Origin: a virus
Lineage: Duplodnaviria > Heunggongvirae > Uroviricota > Caudoviricetes
DNA: 64,000 bases
Virus record (IMG/VR): IMGVR_UViG_2585427593_000001
Location: 56,832-120,831 of that record
Reading direction: 5' to 3' (one strand)
Below are positions 34,620 through 44,142 of this stretch, piece after piece. Each line of letters opens with the position of its first letter. Position 1 is the first letter of the stretch. Made by a program: the position numbers and the translations under genes. The notes beneath the pieces were generated by a model. That model made no database searches. It had not been told where the DNA came from and worked only from the letters and a program-made list of their open reading frames with translations.

Positions 34620-37025
34620 ATGCAGGTTTCAACGATCGCAGAACTCGACACGCACGCCGTTATCGGCGGTGGCGAGGCGAAATCTTTCGGCATGGACGAC
34701 TCTGCCGAGCTCTATGCCCTTCTGTCCGACAAGATCTACCGCGACAAGAAGCGCGCCGCGATGCGCGAGACCATCTGTAACGCTTGGGACGCGCACATCT
34801 CCGTCGGAAAGACCGATCTCCCGGTCGAGATCACTGTCACCGATACCGAGATCAAGATCCGCGACTTCGGCCCAGGGATCCCTGACGCCTTGATGCATTC
34901 GATCTATTGCATCTACGGCAAGTCAACGAAGGTGAAGGACGACAAGGCGACCGGTGGCTTTGGCCTCGGTTCGAAGTCGCCTTTCGCCGTCACGGACCAC
35001 TTCAACGTGGTCAGCATGTATGAAGGCATCAAGTCGGTCTACGCCATCTCTCGCGGTGGCGTCGCAACCGACGGCAAGCCCGACATGCGCTTGATGATGT
35101 CGGTCCCGACCACCGAAAGCGGCCTCCTTGTGTCGATCCCGGTGAAGAGCCGCAGCGACCGTTACGAGTTCGAGGGTCATATCCGCGCCGTCGTCAAGCA
35201 GGGCGGTATGCTCGTAAACATGAACGGCACGCCGCTTGACCGTTTCAACTGGACCGAGGCGCGCAAGACCGAATACGCCATCATCCCGCAGGGTGATCTG
35301 ACCGAGGGCCGCGTCTACGTTCTCTACGGCACCGTCATGTATCCGCTGACGACGACCGACGCGAAGATCCGGAACCTGGCTCAGAAGGCGGTCGATCTCT
35401 GCGGCACGATGTCGATCCTGGTGCTGCTGCCGCCTCCGAATTCCATTGGCGTAACGCCCTCGCGCGAGGCGCTGTCGTTCTCGCCCGTCACGGACGAAAC
35501 GCTGATCCGGCTTCTGAATAAGGTGATCGCCCAGATTCGCGCCGCGCTCCCGGCAGCCAGCCGGCGCGTTCTTCGAAGCTGGGTGGAAAGGCAGGGCCGC
35601 AAGGCCCTCGACACTCACTACAACTCCACGAGGATGTCGCCTGGCCTCCTTCCGACTGCCGACCTTATTGCCGAACATGCGATGAGGACGGACAGCTACG
35701 CCCATTCGAAGGGCGGCGTCGAGAGGCGAGCAGTCGCCAAGATCGCACAGAAGCTATGGCGCGACGATCGCCGCTATTATCGTCGCGCGGTAAAGACCTA
35801 CGGCACCGGCGCCGAGCTGGAGTTCCAGCGCACGGCAATGCCTGCGCTGCGGATCGCTTCGAAGATGGGTCTGCTCAAGGATCTGATGGTGTTCGATATC
35901 TATCGGCACAAGTTCGGCATTCCCGGCCCGAAGACGCTACCGATTACAGAGATTCCGAGGACGGGCTACGTTTTCCCGGTCCTTTGTGTCGCCCGCAATA
36001 TGCGCGACCTGCGCCCTCAGCTGAGCAATAGCTCCACGAGCTTCCGTTACAACATTTCCGGCGAGCACTTCTACACCGCTGGCCTGGTCATGCGGCAGTG
36101 GACCGACAAGAACCTCAAGGCGTTGCGCGAGCTCTGCGACCACTACAACATCGAGCTTCACCTCTTCGATTATGAGGATGCGAAGAAGAACCGCAAGCCG
36201 CCCGTCAAGCGCGAGGGCGCGGAGACGTATTTCGTCCTCGAGGATTTCGGGGCCGAGCGCCGCAACAAGATCAAGACCCCTATCGTTCCGACCTGCATCG
36301 CGCCTGACTTTTACCTGATGACCTGGCAGCGAGATGCAAAGCTTCGTCTGCCGTTCGCTGCTGCACACCTGCTTCAGCAGATCACCGAGCTCTATCCCAA
36401 TACTGCCCTTATCACGACGAAGGCGCAGGAAGAAAAGCTTCAGAAGGCAGGCGCACGCAGTCTCGGAAAGGTCGTTGCCGAGCGTGTCGCCAAGTTGGGC
36501 AATAGTCGCGAAGTCCTCTACGGCGAAGCTATCCGTCATGGCCGCATGATCGATGAGGGAGACGGCTACTATCACAACTCCATTCCGGAAGCGCTCGTGA
36601 AGCTATCCAAGATGGATATGCGCTTCGCCAAGCTGCTGTTCCCGGACAAGGCGACGCCCGGCAAGGCGCACGCTGAAGCCTCGCTGCTTTGGGATTTCCT
36701 GCTCGGCCTCGAATATCAGCCGGAAGACACCCGCGAGGTCGTCAAGACCGCGATGGCCGGCGTGCGCCAGGCGATCAAGGAGACCTTCCCGCCGATCACC
36801 AAGAACCGGGTCGAGCAGCTCTACTCCTACTTGGGGCCGATCCGTGGCGCCAGCATCATCAGCGACTTGCACTACAGCCCGAGGTCCGATCTCGCGCTCG
36901 ACATGATCGAAACGATCAAGTTCCTGCAGCGCCGGCACGAAGCCAAGAAGAACAAGATCAAGGCGGCAAAGGTCGCCATCACCCCGGCAGCCAATGCCAA
37001 CATCGCCCTTAAGGAGGCAGCATGA
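34620..37025 (+). CDS. GHKL (Bergerat-fold) ATPase domain protein, 801 aa
   Basis: N-box ETICNAWDAH, G1 box IRDFGPGIP and G2 box GGFGLGSKS are present. There is no Toprim or HisKA domain. A strong promoter and hairpin lie upstream. Confidence 0.65.
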   Translation: MQVSTIAELDTHAVIGGGEAKSFGMDDSAELYALLSDKIYRDKKRAAMRETICNAWDAHISVGKTDLPVEITVTDTEIKIRDFGPGIPDALMHSIYCIYGKSTKVKDDKATGGFGLGSKSPFAVTDHFNVVSMYEGIKSVYAISRGGVATDGKPDMRLMMSVPTTESGLLVSIPVKSRSDRYEFEGHIRAVVKQGGMLVNMNGTPLDRFNWTEARKTEYAIIPQGDLTEGRVYVLYGTVMYPLTTTDAKIRNLAQKAVDLCGTMSILVLLPPPNSIGVTPSREALSFSPVTDETLIRLLNKVIAQIRAALPAASRRVLRSWVERQGRKALDTHYNSTRMSPGLLPTADLIAEHAMRTDSYAHSKGGVERRAVAKIAQKLWRDDRRYYRRAVKTYGTGAELEFQRTAMPALRIASKMGLLKDLMVFDIYRHKFGIPGPKTLPITEIPRTGYVFPVLCVARNMRDLRPQLSNSSTSFRYNISGEHFYTAGLVMRQWTDKNLKALRELCDHYNIELHLFDYEDAKKNRKPPVKREGAETYFVLEDFGAERRNKIKTPIVPTCIAPDFYLMTWQRDAKLRLPFAAAHLLQQITELYPNTALITTKAQEEKLQKAGARSLGKVVAERVAKLGNSREVLYGEAIRHGRMIDEGDGYYHNSIPEALVKLSKMDMRFAKLLFPDKATPGKAHAEASLLWDFLLGLEYQPEDTREVVKTAMAGVRQAIKETFPPITKNRVEQLYSYLGPIRGASIISDLHYSPRSDLALDMIETIKFLQRRHEAKKNKIKAAKVAITPAANANIALKEAA

Positions 37026-38584
37026 GCAAGGTAAAGATCCTTGGCGCCATCGCATCGAATTCCGGCGTCACTCTCTATCTCAGTAATGGAGAGGAGATGA
37101 ACCTCAAGAAGGACACGCAGCGCACGAAGGACATTCTCGACCAGACGGTTGAGGCTCTCGCACGCGGCGAACACCTCGAAATCGATCTTTCGAGCCTGTC
37201 CATCGAAAAGACGATCGAGGAGAAGACCAACGGCGTCGTCAAGTTCGTCCGCGGCCGCTTCTCGCAGCTGAAGTCCATGTTCGGTGCCACGCCCACCGAG
37301 CCGAAGACGGTCACTGTCGTTCTCGGCAGCGTTCAGCGGGCACCGGATCCCGTCCAGGCTGCACCTGCAGCGCAGGTTCCTCCTCCGTTGCCGTTCAAGC
37401 CGGTGGAAGAACCCGAGCCGGTCGCGCATGAGTCGGAAGAACTGCACGCCGTCGTCAACGATAAGGTCATTCCGGGTGTCGAGGCACTCTCGCCTTACAT
37501 GGACGCAATCAATGCTGGCGAAGACGCTATCGGCTTTCAGAAGTTCATGGAGCGCATTGCGACCGTTATCGACACCCGCTCGCACTCGGTCAAGGAGCTG
37601 CTCAACTTCATGAGCAAGGGCGATCTGCCGATCGCTGACGACGGCTCGATCGTCGCCTACAAGGTTCTAAAGACGACCGGCAACAGCAAGGGCTTTGTCG
37701 ATTGCCACTCGGGCAAGGTAACGCAGAAGCTCGGCTCCTTCGTGCAGATGGACGAGAAGCTCGTCGATCCGAACCGGCGCAATGAATGCTCTACCGGCCT
37801 GCATATCGCGCGCCGCAAGTATCTCAGGAGCTTCAACGGCAATATCATCACGCTGGTCAAGGTTGCGCCTGAAGACGTGATTGCGGTCCCGCCTGGCGAG
37901 CCCGACAAGATGCGAGCGAAGGGCTATCATATTGTCGCGGTGCTTCCTTCTGATGTCCATCAGACGCTGCGCGATAACAAGCCGATGACCGGGCACGAAA
38001 AGGCGTCGAAGCTGCTCGCGGACGTGATCAAGGGCAATCACACGCCGATCCTCGAGATCGTCAACATCGGCAAGGCGATGGGCGGCGATGTTACCGTCAC
38101 GCCCGTCGAAGGTGCACAGAAGCTGCCGCGCGCTGCAGTCGGCACGTCCGGTGTTGCTAAGGCACTTGATGACCGTCCGGTCAACCCGAATGAGGTGAAG
38201 GCCGACGTGTCGATCCGCGAGCTGCGCAAGAAGGTCGACCAGGTCGAGACGACCAAGAAGCAAAAGGCCATTCAGAAGGCCGCACAGAGCGGTGATCTCG
38301 CGGCCGCTATCAGTCAGCCCGCAACCCCGGCTCCCGCGCCTGCGGCCAAGCCTGAGTCGAGGAAGGCTGCTGCGAAGTCAGTGAAGCCCGACGTGATCAA
38401 GATGGCGGCTACCTTCGCTTCCAAGGTCAATCCTCCTGAAAAGCCGCTGCCCGCAAAGCACGCCGCTGCACTGAAGCTGCATGGCGAAGGCAAGTCCAAC
38501 CGTCAGATCGAGGCCGAGCTGCATATCTGCCGCAAGACCCTCAAGAAGCTGTTCGACAAGAACGGTCTGAAGCCGAACGGCTGA
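37022..38584 (+). CDS. protein with a C-terminal LuxR/sigma-70 region-4-type HTH
   Basis: ATGA coupling to the GHKL gene. The C-terminal HTH reads GKSNRQIEAELHICRKTLKKL. An internal AAQSGDLAAAIS motif is present. Confidence 0.55.
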   Translation: MSKVKILGAIASNSGVTLYLSNGEEMNLKKDTQRTKDILDQTVEALARGEHLEIDLSSLSIEKTIEEKTNGVVKFVRGRFSQLKSMFGATPTEPKTVTVVLGSVQRAPDPVQAAPAAQVPPPLPFKPVEEPEPVAHESEELHAVVNDKVIPGVEALSPYMDAINAGEDAIGFQKFMERIATVIDTRSHSVKELLNFMSKGDLPIADDGSIVAYKVLKTTGNSKGFVDCHSGKVTQKLGSFVQMDEKLVDPNRRNECSTGLHIARRKYLRSFNGNIITLVKVAPEDVIAVPPGEPDKMRAKGYHIVAVLPSDVHQTLRDNKPMTGHEKASKLLADVIKGNHTPILEIVNIGKAMGGDVTVTPVEGAQKLPRAAVGTSGVAKALDDRPVNPNEVKADVSIRELRKKVDQVETTKKQKAIQKAAQSGDLAAAISQPATPAPAPAAKPESRKAAAKSVKPDVIKMAATFASKVNPPEKPLPAKHAAALKLHGEGKSNRQIEAELHICRKTLKKLFDKNGLKPNG

Positions 38585-38615
38585 TCCCATCCGATAACCC
38601 TGCGCGCAATGTGAT

Positions 38616-38663
38616 GTCTCCCGTCGCATTGCGCGCTATAACTTAAGTAAGCACTTACTTTAA
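38616..38663 (+). promoter_or_regulatory. phage promoter plus hairpin upstream of the Rnl-like gene
   Basis: TCTCCC-N-GCGCGCTATAAC followed by TAAGTAAGCACTTACTTTA. Confidence 0.6.
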
Positions 38664-38678
38664 GAGGAACATATTCAG

Positions 38679-39290
38679 ATGGCCGTCACCATTCCCGATC
38701 GCCCGTTCGAAAGCTTCCAGAAGATCGCCCGCGCCAAGCAGGGCTTCGGCTGCGTCATCACTGAAAAGCTCGACGGCAGCAATGCTCAGATCCTCATCGA
38801 GGACAACAAGATCGTCGGTGTCGGATCCCGGCAGCGTTGGATCATGCCTGGCAAGGAGACCGATAATTACGGCTTCGCTCGCTGGGTTCAGGACAACGAA
38901 GAAGAACTGGTCACGAAGCTCGGCGACGGCCAGCATTTCGGCGAGTGGTATGGATCCGGCATTCAGCGCGCATACGGCCGCACCGGCAACGACAAGCGCT
39001 TCGCGCTGTTCAACACCGGTCGCTGGTCTGACGCTGCTGTGCGTCCCGCATGCTGCGAATGCGTGCCCGTGCTGTTCGCCGGTGAGTTCTCACGCCGGAA
39101 CGTCGACCAGGTGATGCGCGACCTCGCCGAAAAGGGCTCTGCGATGGTTCCGGGCTTCATGCGGCCGGAAGGCATCATCATCTATCTGCCGGGTCCGCGC
39201 ATCCTGCTGAAGGAGACTTACGAGCACTCCGACGGCAAGTGGAAGTCTGCTCCGGTCAATGACAACGCTGCAGCTTCGGCTGCGGCGTAA
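38679..39290 (+). CDS. Rnl-like polynucleotide ligase (KxDG nucleotidyltransferase)
   Basis: Motif I is ITEKLDGSNAQI. The compact 203-aa product resembles an RNA-ligase nucleotidyltransferase domain. Confidence 0.55.
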   Translation: MAVTIPDRPFESFQKIARAKQGFGCVITEKLDGSNAQILIEDNKIVGVGSRQRWIMPGKETDNYGFARWVQDNEEELVTKLGDGQHFGEWYGSGIQRAYGRTGNDKRFALFNTGRWSDAAVRPACCECVPVLFAGEFSRRNVDQVMRDLAEKGSAMVPGFMRPEGIIIYLPGPRILLKETYEHSDGKWKSAPVNDNAAASAAA

Positions 39291-39299
39291 GGAGATATC

Positions 39300-39980
39300 A
39301 TGACCCTGATCGTCCACAAGCACGAACTGATCCAGCAGCCGTCGCCGGCTCCCGCTGATCGCGGCCCCTACGTTCACAGCGCCAACGGTCGCAAGATCTA
39401 TCCGTTCGATCCGCGGCCGGAGGAGATCTCGATCAACGTGATCGCCCATCACCTGGCGAACAACAATCGCTGGAACGGCGCAACGCAGCACCGGCGTTTC
39501 AAGACGCGCATCTCCTTCTCCGTTGCCGAGCATTCGGTTCTCGTCGCCAAGTATGTCGTCGAGGAGCTGAAGCTGCCGGAATACGAGCTGGAAGCCCTGC
39601 TTCATGACGCGCCGGAATACCTGTTCGGCGATATGATCCGTCCGTTCAAGCATCATCCGAGCATTCACCCGATCATCAAGCCGATCGAGGATCGCGCCGA
39701 AGAGGTAATTGCCAAGCGGTTCGGTCTGCTCTTCCCGCTGCCGAAGGAAATCAAGATCGCCGACGAGGCTGTCTGCGCCGCGGAACAGCAGCAGATCGTG
39801 CCGGAAGATGCCCGCGAGCAGTGGCGCGCAATCGATACCAGCCGCATTGCGCCCTACGAAATCGAGATGATGGATGCCTACAGCGCCAAGGAATATTTCC
39901 TGATGGCCTATGAAAGCGCCATTCGTCGCCGGCCTGATTTCCAGGCACTGCCGTCTTCTGTTGAGATATATTCTAAGTAA
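39300..39980 (+). CDS. HD-domain phosphohydrolase
   Basis: The H...HD motif is present (VAEHSV...LLHDAPE). Confidence 0.65.
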   Translation: MTLIVHKHELIQQPSPAPADRGPYVHSANGRKIYPFDPRPEEISINVIAHHLANNNRWNGATQHRRFKTRISFSVAEHSVLVAKYVVEELKLPEYELEALLHDAPEYLFGDMIRPFKHHPSIHPIIKPIEDRAEEVIAKRFGLLFPLPKEIKIADEAVCAAEQQQIVPEDAREQWRAIDTSRIAPYEIEMMDAYSAKEYFLMAYESAIRRRPDFQALPSSVEIYSK

Positions 39981-39992
39981 TCAATTACTTAG
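39975..39992 (+). promoter_or_regulatory. 5' UTR hairpin AAGTAATCAATTACTTAGGAGG fused to the RBS
   Basis: Palindrome family member. Confidence 0.4.
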
Positions 39993-40001
39993 GAGGCGCC
40001 A

Positions 40002-40256
40002 GTGACGGACGACAGCAAGGAATGGCCCAGCTTCGCCGATGAGCTGGGCCGCAAGACCGCCGAGGTTCTGGCGAAATGGACCGCGGCCTATGACGCCGGA
40101 CGCATCACGATCAAGGAATACTACCTCGTGATCGTCTCCCTCTACGACTCCACCAGCGGCCTCATGCCGCGCGAAATCAGCGATCTGCTGGCAAATATCG
40201 AGAAGGAATTACGGGATGAAGCAGCGCGTCGTAAGGCGGCAAAAGCTGGTGTGTGA
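40002..40256 (+). CDS. hypothetical protein
   Basis: A hairpin and RBS lie upstream. Confidence 0.4.
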   Translation: MTDDSKEWPSFADELGRKTAEVLAKWTAAYDAGRITIKEYYLVIVSLYDSTSGLMPREISDLLANIEKELRDEAARRKAAKAGV

Positions 40257-40518
40257 CGCCTGCTACGCCGCAGAGGAGATCGACCGTCTCACCTATGACA
40301 TGATCGGCAAGCGCTGCCCGCATTGCGACTCGGTCATGCTGACGGCCGAGGACTTCCGAGAATATCGCCGCGTCGAGCGTCGTATCGGTTGGCTGCACCG
40401 CTTGCTTGCCCTGCTGGCGCTGATCCGGGTAATTCCGCCGCAAGGTGGCCCGCTCATTCGCGTTCAGGTCAAGGACGGCGAGACGATCGCCAGGTTGCGC
40501 GAGGGTGGCCTGATTTGA
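40216..40518 (+). CDS. zinc-ribbon hypothetical protein
   Basis: Paired CxxC motifs are present (CDAC...CPHC). Confidence 0.4.
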   Translation: MKQRVVRRQKLVCDACYAAEEIDRLTYDMIGKRCPHCDSVMLTAEDFREYRRVERRIGWLHRLLALLALIRVIPPQGGPLIRVQVKDGETIARLREGGLI

Positions 40519-41057
40519 GCAAGTTCCCGAAGGACACCTGGATCCTCATCGCCATCAAGAACGCCTATCTGATTGTTGGCGAGGATGGCACGATCTGGCG
40601 TGCGAACAAGGCTGACAAGAAGGGTATCGTTGACCGGTCGAAGGGCTATTCCGTCGTCGCTCAGCAGATCCACAAGAAGTCCGGCCGCGTGTTCTTCAAT
40701 ATGACCTATGTCGGCTACACCAAGTCCATTCTGGTCAATCGCGTCGTGGCGCTGCGCTATCTCCCGAATCCGGAGAACCTGCCGCAGGTCAACCATATCG
40801 ACGGCGACAAGGAGAATAACCGCAAGGATAATCTCGAGTGGGCTTCCGGTTCCGACAACGAGAAGCACGCCCATCGCACCGGCCTCAAGACCGGGCGCGG
40901 CTCTGCCAATTCCAATGCGAAGCTCACCGCTGACCAGGTGGTGAAGATCCGGGCGGCTGCGAACGACAACACGCCGGAAGAGCTGGCGAAGACCTATGGC
41001 GTCTCACGCTCGACCATCATCAATATCCTCGACAAAAGGACTTGGACGCACATATGA
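40515..41057 (+). mobile_element. HNH homing endonuclease (free-standing), probable TTG start
   Basis: The HNH motif is VNHIDGDKENNRKDNLEWAS. A C-terminal HTH-like region reads ELAKTYGVSRSTIINIL. The Arg-rich N-terminus in the track ORF is out-of-frame overlap. Confidence 0.65.
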
Positions 41058-41176
41058 GCCAGTTTCCCAATTTCTTGATCGCCTACACTTCCATCTGCGC
41101 TGTCTCGATTGCCTTGTATTTCGCCTACAAGGCAATCGAACATTACGGCAGCAACCGCGACTGGTGGGTTTAAGCT

Positions 41177-41743
41177 ATGACCCATCTCCCCATCATCGCC
41201 GGCCTCGACCTCGAAACCACCGGCAAGTTCGAGCCCGATCACCGCATCATCGAAGTCTACATCGGCCTCTACCGCGCCAGCACGAAGATCTGGAGCTACC
41301 AGCAGCGGATTGACCCGCAGCGATCGATCTCCGCGGACGCCCAGCGTGTTCATGGCATCGCTGCCGGCGATCTCATCGGTATGCCCATCTGGGATTCGGT
41401 GGCTCCCACGATCAACCAGATCCTGAAGCGCGCCGATCTCGTCGTCGCCCATAACGGCGATGGCTTCGACAGGCCGTTTCTGGAAATGGAGATGAACCGC
41501 ATCGGGCTCACGCTCACCGAAAAGCCGTGGATCGACTCGATGGTCGATGGCGTTTGGGCAACCGCTGATGGTAAAAAGCCGCGACTCGGCGAGCTGGCTT
41601 TCGCCTGTGGCGTTGATTACGACCCTGCCAAGGCGCACGCCGCGGCCTATGACGTGGATGTTATGATGGAATGCTTCTCCAAGGGCCTCGATTGGGGCTT
41701 CTATTCGATCCCTGAAATGGAGGGGGTGAAGCTCGCTGCGTGA
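41177..41743 (+). CDS. DEDDh 3'-5' exonuclease (DnaQ/epsilon-like proofreader)
   Basis: Exo I GLDLETTG, Exo II VVAHNGDGFDRPFL and Exo III HAAAYDVDV motifs are present. Confidence 0.85.
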   Translation: MTHLPIIAGLDLETTGKFEPDHRIIEVYIGLYRASTKIWSYQQRIDPQRSISADAQRVHGIAAGDLIGMPIWDSVAPTINQILKRADLVVAHNGDGFDRPFLEMEMNRIGLTLTEKPWIDSMVDGVWATADGKKPRLGELAFACGVDYDPAKAHAAAYDVDVMMECFSKGLDWGFYSIPEMEGVKLAA

Positions 41744-41822
41744 TATCCTGCCGACTTCCTAAGTGCATTGCGTTAAGTTCAATTCATCGAACAAACGCAG
41801 TCACTTAGAGAGGAATGAGCAG

Positions 41823-42605
41823 ATGACTAATCCCGCACTTGCCACGTCGACCGCAGCCATGCCAAACGCCGCTGATCTGGACGCACTCGATGCCGTCCTC
41901 GAAAACTTCAACCTGGAAGACACGACGGAAGAGGACATTGTCCTCGAGGCCAATGGTGACGACGTTCCCGCGGATGACGTGATCGTCGAGGAGACGGCGC
42001 CGGTTGAACTGGCATCGGATGAGCTCGCAGATCTCGACCTGGCGCTGACCAAGAACGAGGTCTATTCCGAGCAGACCTCGTCCGCGGTCGAAACGACGGA
42101 ACTGCCGGCACCGACGGAAGCCAAGCGCCCCGGCACGCGCACGCCGCGCGCTGCAGGTGCTGCCGCTGCCGCCCGCACTCCCCGCGACATTTCGAAGGTC
42201 GCTGACGAGTTCTTCGTCCTGAACGGCGATCCGACTGTCATGTCGGCCGACGATATGGCTGCCGCCCGCGTGGCAACGATGGCTCTCAAGCCGAACCAGG
42301 TGAAGATCGCCGAGAAGTTCGAAAACCTCTTCACGGCTCTCAGCGCCGGCAAGGCGCCGTCGACCTACGTCATGATCGCCTTCAACCTTCTGAACTCGAA
42401 GGGCTCGATGACCTCTGCCGATGTCGTCGGCGCCTACAAGGCGTCCGGTCTCGGCGAAGGCACCGCTCGCTCGCAGTCGGGCCAGATCATGCACCTCTTT
42501 GCGACTGTCGGGATTGCCACCCGCGCCGGACAGACGCTCACCTTGCGCCCGGACAGCGTCATCGCCGGGCGTCTGCGCAGCCTGCCGACTCCTGCTGCTA
42601 GCTAA
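41823..42605 (+). CDS. hypothetical acidic/Ala-rich protein
   Basis: ATG 41823 has the GAGAGGAATGAG RBS. The ORF track begins 60 nt upstream. Confidence 0.5.
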   Translation: MTNPALATSTAAMPNAADLDALDAVLENFNLEDTTEEDIVLEANGDDVPADDVIVEETAPVELASDELADLDLALTKNEVYSEQTSSAVETTELPAPTEAKRPGTRTPRAAGAAAAARTPRDISKVADEFFVLNGDPTVMSADDMAAARVATMALKPNQVKIAEKFENLFTALSAGKAPSTYVMIAFNLLNSKGSMTSADVVGAYKASGLGEGTARSQSGQIMHLFATVGIATRAGQTLTLRPDSVIAGRLRSLPTPAAS

Positions 42606-42663
42606 CTCGGCACGCTACGCAGGGCGGGCGACGAGTCCCGATCTCGTCGCCCGCTCATTACCT

Positions 42664-42714
42664 GACGCATCCCAATCTCAATCGCGCTACAAGCTAAGTA
42701 AGACATTACTTAGT
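42664..42714 (+). promoter_or_regulatory. phage promoter plus hairpin
   Basis: GCATCCC-N-GCGCTACAAG followed by TAAGTAAGACATTACTTAG. Confidence 0.55.
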
Positions 42715-43009
42715 GCAGGAGGATGACGTGAACCTCTATTTCATCAACGGCAGCGACAACAACGGCGACAGCATGGATCTCTTCGTGCGCGCCGAGTCGC
42801 CGCCTGAAGCATTCGAAATCTGGAAAGCCTGCGAGGTCGCGTTCGGATGGGAGACCGTCTTTGAAGGTAGCCTGTCGTCTGAGCCGGCCGGCGATGCTGG
42901 TGTCGAAGATCTCCGCATTTATCTCGTGCCGGGTAACACTGACGCCGGCGTCATCCACTGGCACACGCCGGATGGCGTCAATTGCGTCGCTTTCGCGGAG
43001 CCGATCTGA
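42713..43009 (+). CDS. hypothetical protein
   Basis: A promoter, hairpin and AGGAGG RBS lie upstream. Confidence 0.45.
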   Translation: MQEDDVNLYFINGSDNNGDSMDLFVRAESPPEAFEIWKACEVAFGWETVFEGSLSSEPAGDAGVEDLRIYLVPGNTDAGVIHWHTPDGVNCVAFAEPI

Positions 43010-43188
43010 ATGCCCAAGAAGCTCTCCGAGAAGCGGCTTGACCGGATGGCGATGCTCGTTTGGGCAATGAATGCCGGCATTCGCACCAATATCGAAACGC
43101 GGTGGAATTTCATCCGCGAGGATCCCGTGACCGACAAATACCGCGAGATCGCGAAGGCATTGGCGAAGGAGTGCGGCTATGTGGGTTA
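43009..43188 (+). CDS. small hypothetical protein (59 aa)
   Basis: ATG overlaps the upstream stop. It is under the track threshold. Confidence 0.3.
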
Positions 43189-43586
43189 ATCTCGATGACA
43201 GTGATTTCGCACTCGTCATGGAAGCGCTGCGCGGCAATTGCTCCGACAAGCCCGATGAGCCGACCGCCTACGATCCGGTCTACGATCGGCTCCAGGCTTG
43301 CCGTGCTGACTTCGATCCAGCCGATCCCTACCGCGCGGCAGCACAAATGCAGGCCGATGACGACCTCGAGGTCGATGATGACGCTGTCGTTGCGCTTGGT
43401 GATGATCCTGGCGCCTGGGTTCATGCGTGGATCTGGATTCGCAACGACGAGGCCGGCATCCCGGACGAAGACGAGAACAAATGCCGCGATTGCGGCGAGG
43501 AATATGCCGACGGTGGCGACGGTTACAACGGGCGCTGCCCGGACTGCGCCGACAAAGCAGAAGAGGAAGGACGCTCCGATGACTGA
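43179..43586 (+). CDS. acidic protein with a C-terminal zinc ribbon
   Basis: The product is D/E-rich and has CRDCG...CPDC motifs. Confidence 0.45.
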   Translation: MWVNLDDSDFALVMEALRGNCSDKPDEPTAYDPVYDRLQACRADFDPADPYRAAAQMQADDDLEVDDDAVVALGDDPGAWVHAWIWIRNDEAGIPDEDENKCRDCGEEYADGGDGYNGRCPDCADKAEEEGRSDD

Positions 43587-43941
43587 GAAGACCGACATTT
43601 TCGTATTCGGCTCAAACCTGGCCGGCCGTCATGGCGCCGGCGCAGCGCTCTATGCCCTCCAGAAACACGGCGCTGTCCTGTTTCAGGGTGAAGGCTTGCA
43701 GGGTCGTTCTTATGGCATCCCGACCAAGGACCATCAGATCCGGACGCTGCACCTCGACAACATCCGCAAGCACGTCGAGGAGTTCAAGGAGTTCGCCCGG
43801 CTGCACGACGACATGACCTTCTACGTCACGCCGATCGGCTGCGGTCTCGCCGGCTACAAGCGCGAGCAGATCCGTCCGATGTTCGAGGACATGCCGTGCA
43901 ATTGCCGGTTCGCCGAGACCTGGGACGAGGAAGCCGCCTGA
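43579..43941 (+). CDS. hypothetical Rossmann-like protein (possible macro/ADP-ribose-processing-like)
   Basis: IFVFGSNLAGRHGAGAA and PIGCGLAGY are Gly-rich loops. ATG 43579 has an RBS. Confidence 0.4.
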   Translation: MTEKTDIFVFGSNLAGRHGAGAALYALQKHGAVLFQGEGLQGRSYGIPTKDHQIRTLHLDNIRKHVEEFKEFARLHDDMTFYVTPIGCGLAGYKREQIRPMFEDMPCNCRFAETWDEEAA

Positions 43942-44108
43942 TGCGGATCGACTTCACCAAGGACCAGTTGGACCTGGTTATCTCCGCTCTCGTCCGGAGT
44001 ATCGCCCAGGTCGAAGAAGCGCCTGGGACCGATCCTGTGCTCGACCTTGTAGCGCGGCTACGCGCTGAAAAGGAACGCCTCATGCGGGCGCGGGAAGCGG
44101 CCTATTAG
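43941..44108 (+). CDS. small hypothetical protein
   Basis: ATG overlaps the upstream TGA. Confidence 0.35.
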   Translation: MRIDFTKDQLDLVISALVRSIAQVEEAPGTDPVLDLVARLRAEKERLMRAREAAY

Positions 44109-44142
44109 ACGGCAATCACAAGTTCTCCGGCAAGGTGCGCCC

